Positions 20,020 through 29,941 of a DNA stretch of 64,000 bases are shown piece after piece (within the stretch, counting starts at the first letter, position 1; each line of letters starts with the position of its first letter). Below the pieces are notes generated by a model. That model worked only from the letters and a program-made list of their open reading frames with translations, made no database searches and was not told the origin of the DNA. The position numbers and the translations under genes are program-made. This stretch comes from Nitrospirota bacterium (GTDB lineage: Bacteria > Nitrospirota > UBA9217), in contig CAVUCU010000001.1 in NCBI GenBank assembly GCA_963740085.1, positions 192,001-256,000 of the forward strand. The letters are read 5' to 3'.

Positions 20020-20508
20020 ATGAAAGTCGAGATCTCCACAAAAGAATACCGTGACCTGCTGGATATCCTGCACATTGCCGATGTGGTCATTTCCGGACAT
20101 CGGAAAGAAGAGGACAAGCGCACCGAGCGGCACCGTGCGCTCATCCAGAAACTCTATGCTCTCGCGCATGGCGAAGGTCTTGATCAACTGATCAGATATA
20201 ACGAGAGCATGAATAAATATATACCGACCGATGATTTTGAAAAAAACGCCTTGGCCCATGTGCTGATTGGTGAGTTCGGAGACCACCTCTTCTGGGATGA
20301 ACTGATCACCCGGCTATCAGTCCGGGATGCGGCGCAGGTTGCGGGTGGGCTCGATCGCCTCAACGCTATGAACGACAGTGACCGTCAAGCTTTGGAAGGA
20401 TCAATCCGGCAGCGATATATCGGAGAATTGTCCGCGAATGGTCTGGCCAACCTGGCAGTTATAGAGCAGTTCAGCACCGGAGCAATGCCGGTAGATACAT
20501 CGGACTGA
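20020..20508 (+). CDS. Hypothetical protein
   Basis: 162-aa ORF with GGGAG RBS. Confidence 0.7.
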   Translation: MKVEISTKEYRDLLDILHIADVVISGHRKEEDKRTERHRALIQKLYALAHGEGLDQLIRYNESMNKYIPTDDFEKNALAHVLIGEFGDHLFWDELITRLSVRDAAQVAGGLDRLNAMNDSDRQALEGSIRQRYIGELSANGLANLAVIEQFSTGAMPVDTSD

Positions 20509-20712
20509 TCTTGTCGCTCTTGTCTGAACCCTGTAGGTTCCATTGACAGCAAAAGAACAACCGCGTCCCTTAAAAAGCGGATGATTCTCTTCTGACCTGC
20601 ACTTTTTCCCGCAAGGGATACTTTTCTTCTTCATGAGAAACAAGGTATAATTAGTGATAAGATCACGATACCAACGGGCAGTTTATCCAGCTGAACGAGG
20701 AGAAATAGACAC

Positions 20713-21249
20713 ATGAAGAGGTTGAAAAACGCCATCGAAGGCGCAGCCTTGTTGCTGATGACCGGTATGTTGCTGTCCTGCATGACCGGCGTGCAACTGA
20801 ATACCACTTCAGCCGATCAAACGCTCATCTCCGGAACCTATACACTATTGCTTTACGGATGCCACTATCCTGACCAGATCGACAATGTCGCAATTCTCGT
20901 TGATGAGAACAGCAGATATCCCCTCGAGATATACGACATAGACACATCGTTCAAAGTGAAGAAGGACGTTCCCGCTCGGCAGGCGGTCAAGGAGGCTGAT
21001 GCATTCGTGCGGTGCAGCAGCCACAGAATCCTGCAAACACAGATTGCCAGAATCCCGGATGGCAGCGGCGGGACCATCGGGTATGAATTCAGGCCCCTTT
21101 ATACCGTACCGGAGTTCGGCACTCCCGATGTCCTGATGATCAATTACTCGCTGAGGGGTGGAAAAGTCAGGGCGTATATCAAGACGCTGCCCGAGGCGGA
21201 AGATGCGTCTCGTGCCGGTCGAGGCCGTGGACCCGACCGGCATCGTTAG
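20713..21249 (+). CDS. Hypothetical lipoprotein
   Basis: GAGGAG RBS, lipobox LLSC. Confidence 0.7.
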   Translation: MKRLKNAIEGAALLLMTGMLLSCMTGVQLNTTSADQTLISGTYTLLLYGCHYPDQIDNVAILVDENSRYPLEIYDIDTSFKVKKDVPARQAVKEADAFVRCSSHRILQTQIARIPDGSGGTIGYEFRPLYTVPEFGTPDVLMINYSLRGGKVRAYIKTLPEAEDASRAGRGRGPDRHR

Positions 21250-21277
21250 TTGCGAACGGTCACAGACCTGTCCCACT

Positions 21278-21670
21278 CTATGTCCTGTCGATCGCTTCCT
21301 TAAGTTTTGAACGGACCTGTTCGGCGATTGACTCAAGCTTGGGGTTTTTTACGGCTTGCATCGAGACCATGGGATCTATTGCAGCGACCTCGGCGCCCAC
21401 GCCCTCAACTTCCTGGATGATCACGCTGCAGGGCAGCAGCGTGCCGATCTTGTCTTCCGCCTGGAGGGCCTGATAAGCGAAATTCGGGTTGCATGCACCC
21501 AAAATGCGATATCTCCGGAAATCGACATCCAGCTTCTTTTTCAGCGTTTCTTTAACGTCGATGTCCGTCAGAATGCCGAACCCTTCTTTTTTCAGTTCCT
21601 CGATCACCCGGCTGACAGCGTCGTCGAAGGTTGTCTGTATCGTTTTGCTGAAGTAGTATGACATGAACAT
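21278..21670 (-). CDS. DUF302 domain protein
   Basis: LKKEGFGILTDIDVKETLKKKL..YRILGACNP..IGTLLPC. Confidence 0.92.
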   Translation of the reverse strand: MFMSYYFSKTIQTTFDDAVSRVIEELKKEGFGILTDIDVKETLKKKLDVDFRRYRILGACNPNFAYQALQAEDKIGTLLPCSVIIQEVEGVGAEVAAIDPMVSMQAVKNPKLESIAEQVRSKLKEAIDRT

Positions 21671-21737
21671 CCCCTTTCTTTTTTTCTCGTATGCCTTGTT
21701 GCGCGAGAGCAACTCGATCAACTCCTGTTGCACAAGA

Positions 21738-22688
21738 TCAGGAAACCGTGGCTGCGGTCTTCTTCTGTTCTATGAAATGAGCCGCAGCCAGTGCGGCTAT
21801 GGCTCCATCGGCTGCCGCTATAACGATCTGGGTGGCAAACTTTTGCCTCAAATCCCCGACAGCAAAAATGCCCGGAACGCTCGACTCGCACTTCTCATCG
21901 GTAATAACGAAACCCTGTTCGTTCGTGCGGACCGCAGGGGGGATCAATTGATTATTGGGAACATAGCCGATAAGAATAAAAACACCATCCGTTGGTAATC
22001 TCCCCATTTCTCCGGTCACCGTATCTTCGAAGGAGACGGCCTCAACCGCTCTCCCGTCCCCTTTGATTTCCGTAATGATCGTGTTCCAGATCACTTCGAT
22101 CCCGGGTTCGCTCAGAAGCCGGTTTTGTAATATCTTGCTAGCGCTAAGCGTTTTGCCTCTGTGAACGAGGTATACTTTTCTGACCAGTCTGGACAGGAAC
22201 AGTGCCTCTTCGACAGCGGTGTCGCCTCCCCCGATGACAACGACGGTCTTGCCTTTAAAGAAGAACCCGTCGCAGGTGGGGCAGTAGGAAACGCCGCTCC
22301 CGAGGTATTCCGCTTCACCGGGGACCCCCAGCTTTCGAACGGATCCCCCTGCTCCGAGGATCAAGGCAACCGTGTGGAGCAGATCGCCATTGGCAAGCCT
22401 GACAGAATGAAGACCCGCACCGGCGTTTACTTCCGCAACTTCTTCCTGAATAATGCGCAGGCCGAAGGCCTGGGCATGATGAAGCAGCTTCTCGGCAAGA
22501 TCTAATCCTGTAATGCCCTCCACTCCGGGATAGTTCTCCACCTCTTTTGAAATGGCGATCTGACCGCCGACCAAACCCTTTTCAAACAGAACCGTTTTCA
22601 GCGCGGCCCGCTGGCAATACAGGCCTGCGGCGAGCCCTGCCGGCCCACCACCGACAATGATGACATCATAGGTTTCCTTGATATCCAT
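21738..22688 (-). CDS. trxB: Thioredoxin-disulfide reductase
   Basis: GGGPAG FAD motif, VENYPG, GVSYCPTCDG, GGGDTAVEEA; ATG 22688 after AGGAGG. Confidence 0.92.
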   Translation of the reverse strand: MDIKETYDVIIVGGGPAGLAAGLYCQRAALKTVLFEKGLVGGQIAISKEVENYPGVEGITGLDLAEKLLHHAQAFGLRIIQEEVAEVNAGAGLHSVRLANGDLLHTVALILGAGGSVRKLGVPGEAEYLGSGVSYCPTCDGFFFKGKTVVVIGGGDTAVEEALFLSRLVRKVYLVHRGKTLSASKILQNRLLSEPGIEVIWNTIITEIKGDGRAVEAVSFEDTVTGEMGRLPTDGVFILIGYVPNNQLIPPAVRTNEQGFVITDEKCESSVPGIFAVGDLRQKFATQIVIAAADGAIAALAAAHFIEQKKTAATVS

Positions 22689-22960
22689 ATTCCTCCTGTA
22701 AAGAATGACATCGGCTCGGCCCTCGACGCCGAGCACTCAGCCATCACGCGCAGGGGATCAACCCTCTGTAATATGATAACGCTTGAGGGGAGAATGTCAA
22801 GGAGGGGAAAGATATCGGGGCACCAATTGAAGAAAAAACGCTTCATGACTCGTTTTTGAAGACAGGGAGGGAAACCGGCGGGCTTTGAATTAAATGGAAC
22901 GAGGACTATCCGTTCTTCGAGTTGATCGAGCTCATGGCTCAAATATCGATCGCTTATGTT

Positions 22961-23449
22961 TTATATGGTTTTCTCCATCGCATAGTCGTCCATGACAAAA
23001 CTGTTGCCGATATCCTGAACCAGAGAACCGATGTTTCTGAAACCGATCTTTTCATACGCGCTGATCGCGCTCGTATTATTCTTGTTCACCGTCAGGACGA
23101 TCTTCCGTAATCCCCGATCGCGCGCGACGGTCTCCACGAACTGCACGGACTTCTTTCCGTATCCCTTTGCGCGATGGGACAATTGCAGATAAATTTTACT
23201 CAGGAACAGCTCATCTCCTCTCGGTTGAACAGCGATATATCCTATGGATGCGCGACCTTCCTCAATAATAAAGTAGAGAGCGCCTGAAGCGATTTGCTCT
23301 TTGACTGCCTGTTTGGACTGATACCTGGCCAGCATGTACTCAACCTGTTCCTTGCCGATGATCGGGATATAATGCTCTGTCCAGATTTCCCTGGCGAGCG
23401 ATTCGATGACATCCATTTGATTTTCAGTCGAGACTTCAGTGATTGTCAT
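22961..23449 (-). CDS. GNAT family N-acetyltransferase
   Basis: LAREIWTEHY..LSKIY..RAKGYG..LTVNKNN..AYEKIGF. Confidence 0.9.
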   Translation of the reverse strand: MTITEVSTENQMDVIESLAREIWTEHYIPIIGKEQVEYMLARYQSKQAVKEQIASGALYFIIEEGRASIGYIAVQPRGDELFLSKIYLQLSHRAKGYGKKSVQFVETVARDRGLRKIVLTVNKNNTSAISAYEKIGFRNIGSLVQDIGNSFVMDDYAMEKTI

Positions 23450-23451
23450 GG

Positions 23452-24294
23452 TTATTGAACGATCGTCCCTTTCTCAGGAACCGGACAGGTTTGTTTATGC
23501 TTTTGCCGCTGCACGAGCTTTAGAAGTTCCGCTTTTCTTGCAGAAGATAATCCAAGTCCGTCTGCCTCCCGGACCAGATCTTCGTAGGAACCTTCGCCCC
23601 CCAAATAGCCGTTCACCCGGGCCACTGCTGTCGAGGCAACAAACGCCGCCGGTTCGGGATATATCTGTTGCAATTCTTTCCAAAATTCGGGAAACTGCTG
23701 AAGAGCGTGCTTCTGATGGTAATTCTCGGCCAGGGTAAAACCACTGTAGGGAACGATCTCCGTATGAATCGTGCTGCCGCGCTCCTTCGCGATACGAGCG
23801 CGACTCTCCTCTGCCAGTCGCCTCTGCTCGTCGTTGTGCACGAAGATGATGGAAGCATATTGACGGGACCAGCTCTTGTAAGTGGGATCATGGCCTGTCC
23901 AGAATGCGTCGAGCAGTTCCTGGTAGGTGATCTTCGAGGAATCGTAGTCGATCTGGATGGTCTCGGAATGATCTCCGAGATTGCGGTAAGTAGGGCCCGG
24001 CTTGGTCCCACCCGCATATCCCACGCGCGTGCTGACCACACCGGGCAGGCTCCCGAACCGGGAGTCAGGGCCCCAGAATCAGCCCATGGCGAACGTCGCC
24101 GTTACAACCTTTTTCGGGACCTGTGTATCGATCAATGGTTTTGAATAAACGATATCGGAAGCAAAGGCACTCTGTTTCACGTCAAGCGTCCCCCTTTCAG
24201 TCGAGAAATACAGCGCGCTCCCGAGTGTCAATACAAACGTTATCAGGAACAGGACCATCGAGATTCTCAATGCATTTTTTTTCAAAGACATCAT
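23452..24294 (-). CDS. msrA: Selenocysteine-containing peptide methionine sulfoxide reductase MsrA (exported); TGA at 24079-24081 read as Sec
   Basis: The two track ORFs are in frame: ATFAMG-TGA-FWGPDSRFGSLPGVVSTRVGYAGG matches the GCFW active site with U; also HSETIQ and AENYHQK; N-terminal TM; SECIS-like hairpin downstream. Confidence 0.9.
24043..24078 (-). promoter_or_regulatory. Bacterial SECIS element
   Basis: After TGA: TTCTGGGGCCCTGA-CTCCC-GGTTC-GGGAG-CCTGCCC; the G-initiated apical loop starts 19 nt after UGA. Confidence 0.75.
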
Positions 24295-24573
24295 CTCTAT
24301 ATGTTCACCTGTAATAGGACAAAAGCGTAATATTTAATTATCCCACCTTAATACCGTTCAAATCAAGATAAAATATGGGATAGAAATGCTCCCTGTTTGA
24401 GAGATAAATGAGGCCTCGTTGACGAAAATCGGGAGATCAGCGCATTGACTCTCGACGGCTGGATAAATGAGTCAGGATAACAATTCATGGTTCAATGAAC
24501 CTGGTGGTATACTTACTATATCAATGAGAAATAGAGACAGCGGAGAATGATATTTATGAAGGGAGGTAGCAAT

Positions 24574-25116
24574 ATGAAAAAGATACTGGCTTTTGCGATC
24601 GTTATTGTTGCTGGACTGGCACTCGGTCCCCTTGCGGCCTTTTCCGCGGAACATCAGATGATGCCCCCGCCGATAACCCACTCCAGCGACTTTGAACGGA
24701 TGAAAGGACTGGTCGGCGCCTGGGAGGGCAAAGTGGACATGGGACACGGGATGGAAACGCTCAAGGTCACCTATGAAGTGACCTCGGCCGGTAACGCCAT
24801 CCTGGAACGGTTCGCCGCGGGACAGTCCCACGAGATGATCACCGTCTATCATGATCGCGGCGGGAGGCTGGTCATGACCCACTACTGCACGCTCGGGAAC
24901 CAACCGCATATGGAGCTCACCAACCCCGGCGAAACCACGATGAAATTCGTCCTGTCGGAAAAGAGTCCCGGTCTTACTTCGCTCAATGAAATGCACATGC
25001 ATGCGCTTACCATCTCTGTTGAGGGCAAGGACAGCATCTCGCATACCTGGACGCTGTACGACAAGGGCGTGAAGAAATCCGATGTTTCGGTCAAACTAAT
25101 GCGCACAAAGATGTAG
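24574..25116 (+). CDS. Secreted hypothetical protein (beta-rich)
   Basis: GGAGG RBS, signal peptide, EMITVYH...LVMTHYCTLGNQPHM motif. Confidence 0.8.
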   Translation: MKKILAFAIVIVAGLALGPLAAFSAEHQMMPPPITHSSDFERMKGLVGAWEGKVDMGHGMETLKVTYEVTSAGNAILERFAAGQSHEMITVYHDRGGRLVMTHYCTLGNQPHMELTNPGETTMKFVLSEKSPGLTSLNEMHMHALTISVEGKDSISHTWTLYDKGVKKSDVSVKLMRTKM

Positions 25117-25237
25117 AGGGTGGTGCTGCCGGTTGCATTGGGGAAGAAGGTTATGAAAGCCGGGGCGTCGTGTCCCGGCTTCAGCTTTGGCACGCGAGGG
25201 TGGTACAATCTGCGAGTGGCGCTACGGGGAGGACAGT

Positions 25238-25687
25238 ATGAAGAGGATCGTGACGGTTTTATTGGCTTTCGGCTCAGTTTTCATGACCCATCCGGTCCAC
25301 GGAGCCGATAAACAGGCGGAGCAGAACAAAAAGACCGTGGTGGAGTTTTACGAAAAGGCGATCAATCAGAAGGATTTCGAAGCGGCCTCGAAGTACCTGG
25401 GCCCGCGTTACACGCAACACAACCCGATGGCAGCCGACGGGCCCGGGGGACTACAGCGTTACCTTCAGTTCCTTCGTGCAAGGTATCCAGCCTCACACAG
25501 CGAGATCAAGCGGGTATTCGCTGACGGAGATTATGTGATACTGCATGTGCACGCGGTACGGGAGCCAGGCACGCGCGGCAGCGCCATCGTCGACATCTTC
25601 AAGCTCGAGAACGGCAAGGTCGTGGAACACTGGGACGTTATCCAGGAGATACCCGAGAAAGCTGCCAACGTGAATGGGATGTTTTAA
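25238..25687 (+). CDS. SnoaL-like/NTF2 family protein
   Basis: NKKTVVEFY..YTQHNP..DGDYVILH..DIFKLENGKVVEHWDV. Confidence 0.88.
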   Translation: MKRIVTVLLAFGSVFMTHPVHGADKQAEQNKKTVVEFYEKAINQKDFEAASKYLGPRYTQHNPMAADGPGGLQRYLQFLRARYPASHSEIKRVFADGDYVILHVHAVREPGTRGSAIVDIFKLENGKVVEHWDVIQEIPEKAANVNGMF

Positions 25688-25815
25688 CTGCCATCGTGAT
25701 TTGGTTAGAAATGTCGTCAAGGATTGCCCCTGCTGCTCGTGAAGCACATCGCATTTCAGCCACATTTTTTCAGTCAAGGTCATTTGTGCTATACTTGTAA
25801 TAACAGGAGGCGATT

Positions 25816-26232
25816 ATGACCGATATCATCCTGGGCATCGGCGTAGCGGTATTCATTATATATACGGGCTTTCACATCTCGTATATGCTGAGCATAAGAC
25901 GGACGAGCGAACAAATGAGCGACATTATTAAGAGCACCGAGAAAAATCTGAACGAGACGCTTGTTGAGCTCAAGGATACGCTTGAAAACCTGAAGTTGAT
26001 CACCGGCAACGTAAACGCCGTTTCGGAGGATGTCAGGCAGATCAGCCGCACAGTGGCAATCGTGGAAAAAAGCATACGCGGTCTGTATGCAATCGGAAGA
26101 GAGGGCCTCGGACCTGCCGCCGGGGCGAATATCGCCGGGCTGAAAGCCGGCATTACGACCGGGGTAACAACCCTGGTAAAAAGTCTCAGACAAAGAAGGA
26201 GGGCTCATCATGAAAGAAGAACTTGGAGTTAA
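25816..26232 (+). CDS. DUF948 (YoxC-like) membrane/coiled-coil protein
   Basis: N-terminal TM plus coiled coil; paired with a YtxH gene. Confidence 0.75.
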   Translation: MTDIILGIGVAVFIIYTGFHISYMLSIRRTSEQMSDIIKSTEKNLNETLVELKDTLENLKLITGNVNAVSEDVRQISRTVAIVEKSIRGLYAIGREGLGPAAGANIAGLKAGITTGVTTLVKSLRQRRRAHHERRTWS

Positions 26233-26494
26233 TAAAGTACAGTCCTTTCTGGTCCCCTTCCTGGCGGGTGGCCTCGTGGGAGCCGGTGTTGCGCTCCTGC
26301 TGGCACCGAAACCGGGCAGGGAGTTAAGAAGAGACATCAAGGACATCGCCGCGAAAACCGGCGACACAATTGGCGCAACCGTTGATAAGGGCAAGGAATT
26401 GTATGTGGAGAGCACCTCAGCGGTCAAGAACGCCATCGATGCGGGAAAGATGGCGTTCGTCGATGAAATAGAAAAACGAAGGAAGACCGCATGA
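26210..26494 (+). CDS. YtxH domain protein
   Basis: FLAGGLVGAGVALLLAPKPGRELRRDI signature. Confidence 0.9.
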   Translation: MKEELGVNKVQSFLVPFLAGGLVGAGVALLLAPKPGRELRRDIKDIAAKTGDTIGATVDKGKELYVESTSAVKNAIDAGKMAFVDEIEKRRKTA

Positions 26495-26506
26495 CAGGTA
26501 CTCTCT

Positions 26507-26544
26507 AAAGCGCGCTCAAGGGCAGGGAGCGCGCTTTGCTTTTT
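26507..26544 (+). terminator. Intrinsic terminator
   Basis: AAAGCGCGCTC-loop-GAGCGCGCTTT followed by GCTTTTT. Confidence 0.7.
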
Positions 26545-26708
26545 CTCCCGCCATAATCCAGTCTTAGGCCATTCCTCTCAGCTTCCGCAGAGTCTCTATC
26601 ACATCGGGTTGTACCAAGACCTTTTAGCAGATCCAGCAGCAGGCCTTCTTAATATTAATAGCCCGCTCCGAAGGAACAGGCTTTTGTGGGTTCGTCTTTC
26701 GTGGGCCG

Positions 26709-26957
26709 CTAATGAGCGCCCTTATGCGCCTCCCCATGGGGTCCTCCCTCATGCCGGTCGCCTTTCAAGGTAGAAATGCCGAGTAATGCATATACAGGGC
26801 AAAAACCGGCGGCACTTGTGGCCAGAAAGATCACAGCCAGGATACCGAGTATCACGGCGGCCGTTCCAGAAAGCTGACCTGCTAAATACAGAGCAACGAC
26901 CACGACAGCAAGGGCCGCCCTCAACACTCGATCTATCATTCCCATGTTCTTCTTCAT
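26709..26957 (-). CDS. DUF2892 (YgaP-like) membrane protein
   Basis: MKKNMGMIDRVLR...GFCPVYALLGIST. Confidence 0.9.
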   Translation of the reverse strand: MKKNMGMIDRVLRAALAVVVVALYLAGQLSGTAAVILGILAVIFLATSAAGFCPVYALLGISTLKGDRHEGGPHGEAHKGAH

Positions 26958-26993
26958 AAAACTCACCTCCCTATCGATTCACCGACCCCTGAC

Positions 26994-27083
26994 TTATAGC
27001 AGCCACTTGAACGCGTAAACAATACCCGCGACCAAGCCGACGCATATAATGCAGGCTAATACAAGCTTTACAACGGTCGGCAT
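26994..27083 (-). CDS. Putative 29-aa single-TM small protein
   Basis: GAGGA RBS then MPTVVKLVLACIICVGLVAGIVYAFKWLL*; below ORF-track size. Confidence 0.5.
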   Translation of the reverse strand: MPTVVKLVLACIICVGLVAGIVYAFKWLL

Positions 27084-27310
27084 GTCAACATCCTCACTGC
27101 TATATTATACAACTTTTAGACATATGATACTACCGGTCGGAGCAACCGAAGAGAGCTTCCCCTGCTGAAACCTTCGTATTAAAAAAGCTAAAAAACGCTT
27201 ACGGTCATCGTTGACGCCTGTACGATCCGGTGCTATCCTTTAAATAAAGGATTCTTATGGTCCCTTTTCGTCTGGAGTTATTGGACGTAAAAGATTGAGG
27301 AGGACATTAG

Positions 27311-28082
27311 ATGGCCGGAGCGACGATCTGGAAAGGAAACATTCATTTTGGAGACACTGACATTCCGGTGAAGCTGCATACAGCGGTGAGAGAAGAGCGA
27401 ATTCAGTTTCACCTCCTGCACAAGCGAGACCAGGTGCGACTGCGTCAGCAAATGGTCTGTGCTTATGAAAAAAAACCGGTGCCGGCGGAAGAACAGTCCA
27501 AGGGGTTTGAAGTGGAGGAAGGGAAGTATATCATCGTCGATCAGGAGGAACTCGAGCAAACCACTCCTGAAAGCAGCCGGATGATCGAGGTCCACGAATT
27601 CGTCAAACCCTCACAAATCGACCCCATCTTCCTTGACCGGGTGTATTACCTCGAGCCGGATATGCAGGGAAAGGGATATAACGCGCTGCTCGGGGCCTTG
27701 AAGCAGATGGATGTTGCGGGAATCTGTTCCTGGACCATGAGAAAACGGACCTATATCGGGGCTATTCAGGCGATCGGGAATATCCTTCGTCTGATTACGT
27801 TGCGCCATGCCGACGAAGTGATCGCGGTTGAATCTCTTGACCCTGCAGGACGTTCCTCTGTCAGAAAAAGAATTGAAGATCGGGGTCGACTTGATCAATC
27901 AGCTGGCCGCTCCTTTTGAGCCTCGAAAATTCGAAAATGAGCATCAGAAGAAGCTGCAGGATATGATAGAAAAAAAGGCCCGCGGGGAGCACATTGCGAT
28001 CGTCGCCCCCAGACGACTTAAACCCACGGAACCGGACCAGTTGCAGCAGGTGCTTGAAGCGAGCCTGAAAAAGGCCGCCTGA
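27311..28082 (+). pseudogene. ku: NHEJ Ku protein, first copy, with +1 frameshift
   Basis: IWKGNIHFG..IPVKLH..IDPIFLDRVYYLEP; deleting one C of CCC at 27841-27843 joins both ORFs into a 256-aa Ku ending LQQVLEASLKKAA. Confidence 0.85.
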
Positions 28083-28137
28083 GGGAAGGAAGAGTCCTTT
28101 TAAGACGGATTCAAACGGATTAAACAGGAGGCATACG

Positions 28138-28923
28138 ATGGCTGTTCAGGGTATATGGAGCGGGACTATCAGTTTCAGCCTGGTGGCGATTCCAGTACGG
28201 TTGGTTACCGCGATCGAGCCCGGTCGCGTCTCTTTTCACCTGCTCCACAGCAGGGATTTCTCTCCCCTGTCCCGAAGAATGTTTTGTCCTAAAGAAGGGA
28301 CCATGGTCCCCCCGGATGAGATCGTCAGGGGATACGAGATCGTGCCTGATAAATACATTCTGATGACTGACGAGGAACTGGAATCCGTTTCGCCGGAGCG
28401 GAGCCGCACGATCGAGATCATCGAGTTCATCGATATGAAGGAAGTGGACCCGATCTACTATGATCACCCCTACTACCTCGTGCCTTCGAAAGGAGGCGAA
28501 AAAGCCTACCAGCTGCTGGTGGAGGTGATGCGCCGGACAAACAAGGCCGGTCTCGCAAAATTCGTGCTGGCTGAACGCGAGTATCTGGTGGCGGTCAAAA
28601 GCAGGGACGGAGCGCTGGCACTGACCACGCTCCATTACAGCGACGAAATAGTTTCCGATAGGGACATCCACGTGGAACAAGGGAAGGTCGAAGCTGAAGA
28701 GGAACGCCGGATAAAAACAAACATAGAGAAGATGATCGAAGACTTTAAACCGGCGAAATATGCCGACGAACGCCGGAAAGGGATCTTGGCCCTTCTGGAG
28801 GCGAAGGCGAAAGAAAAGGCCCCGGTGGCGGCCCCGGCCATAGAGGAAGAAGAGGGAGAAGGACCTGCTGATCTGGTCGCCGCACTGGAGGAAAGCATGC
28901 GGAAAGTGAAGGAGAACAGGTGA
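28138..28923 (+). CDS. ku: NHEJ Ku protein, second copy
   Basis: IWSGTISFSLVAIPVRL, VDPIYYDHPYYLVP, DLVAALEESM. Confidence 0.93.
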   Translation: MAVQGIWSGTISFSLVAIPVRLVTAIEPGRVSFHLLHSRDFSPLSRRMFCPKEGTMVPPDEIVRGYEIVPDKYILMTDEELESVSPERSRTIEIIEFIDMKEVDPIYYDHPYYLVPSKGGEKAYQLLVEVMRRTNKAGLAKFVLAEREYLVAVKSRDGALALTTLHYSDEIVSDRDIHVEQGKVEAEEERRIKTNIEKMIEDFKPAKYADERRKGILALLEAKAKEKAPVAAPAIEEEEGEGPADLVAALEESMRKVKENR

Positions 28924-29825
28924 GCCGAACATTTGTGGACATGGCGGGGATCAGACTCCCGCTGTCGAACCTTGAAAAGGACCTTTATCCCTCCTATGGT
29001 TTTACAAAGGCCCAGATCCTGGAATATTACCGCGGGATAGCACCGTTCATGCTGCCCCATTTGAAAGACCGGGCGTTGACCTTTAAGCGCTATCCCGAGG
29101 GAGTGGAAAAGGACTTCTTTTTCGAGAAACGCTGTCCCGGTCACCGCCCTTTCTGGGTGAAAACTGCTGAGATCCCCCAGCATGACGGAGAGCGGATGAC
29201 GGTCTGTCTGGTCAACGATCTGGAAACGCTGATATGGGCGGAAAACCTTGCTTCTCTGGAACTCCATGTGCCGCTGGCCAGGGCCGGTTCCCCGGGAACT
29301 CCGGATTCCATGGTCTTCGACCTGGATCCCGGCGATCAGGCAAACATTTTTGATTGTGCGCGGGTGGCGCTGGTGCTTCGGGATCTGCTCTCACGGCTGG
29401 GACTCGTCACCTATGTCAAAACCTCCGGCAAGAAGGGTCTCCATGTATATGTCCCCCTGAACCGCAGGGAGACGACCTTCGAGGATACCAAGACATTTTC
29501 AAAGACCGTGGCAGGGATCATGCAAAAACATTATCCCGACCTGGTGACCGCAAAAATGTCGAAAACAGAGCGAAAAGCGAAGGTCTTTATCAACTGGTCT
29601 CAAAATGATGCTTCGAAAACGATGGTCTGCGTTTATTCCCTGCGTGCCCGGGAAAAACCGATCGTGTCGTTTCCGCTTGAATGGACGGAACTGCAAAATT
29701 TGTCCGGGCCTGCTGACCCGGATAAACTGCAGGTCATGTATTCGGACGCCGTGAGCAGGGCAAAGACAAAAGGCGACCTTTTTCAAGAAATGCTCTCGAA
29801 AGAGCAGAAGCTGCCGCATTTATGA
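28920..29825 (+). CDS. ligD: Stand-alone LigD polymerase (primase-polymerase) domain
   Basis: LSNLEKDLYP, KRYPEGV..FFEKR, VFDLDPG, KTSGKKGLHVYVP, YSLRA; GTGA overlap with ku. Confidence 0.9.
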   Translation: MSRTFVDMAGIRLPLSNLEKDLYPSYGFTKAQILEYYRGIAPFMLPHLKDRALTFKRYPEGVEKDFFFEKRCPGHRPFWVKTAEIPQHDGERMTVCLVNDLETLIWAENLASLELHVPLARAGSPGTPDSMVFDLDPGDQANIFDCARVALVLRDLLSRLGLVTYVKTSGKKGLHVYVPLNRRETTFEDTKTFSKTVAGIMQKHYPDLVTAKMSKTERKAKVFINWSQNDASKTMVCVYSLRAREKPIVSFPLEWTELQNLSGPADPDKLQVMYSDAVSRAKTKGDLFQEMLSKEQKLPHL

Positions 29826-29830
29826 AAATG

Positions 29831-29930
29831 AATCGCCAAATAACGAAGCTCGAAATCCTAAACCATATCAGAATTCGAATATTTGAGTTTTGAGCTTGTT
29901 CAGGGTTTAGAAATTCGAACTTAGCATTTT
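29831..29930. repeat. Heptad-periodic inverted repeat element
   Basis: TCGAAATCCTAAACC versus GGTTTAGAAATTCGA (13/15 complementary); 7-bp register in both arms. Confidence 0.65.
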
Positions 29931-29941
29931 CAGGAACTGAC

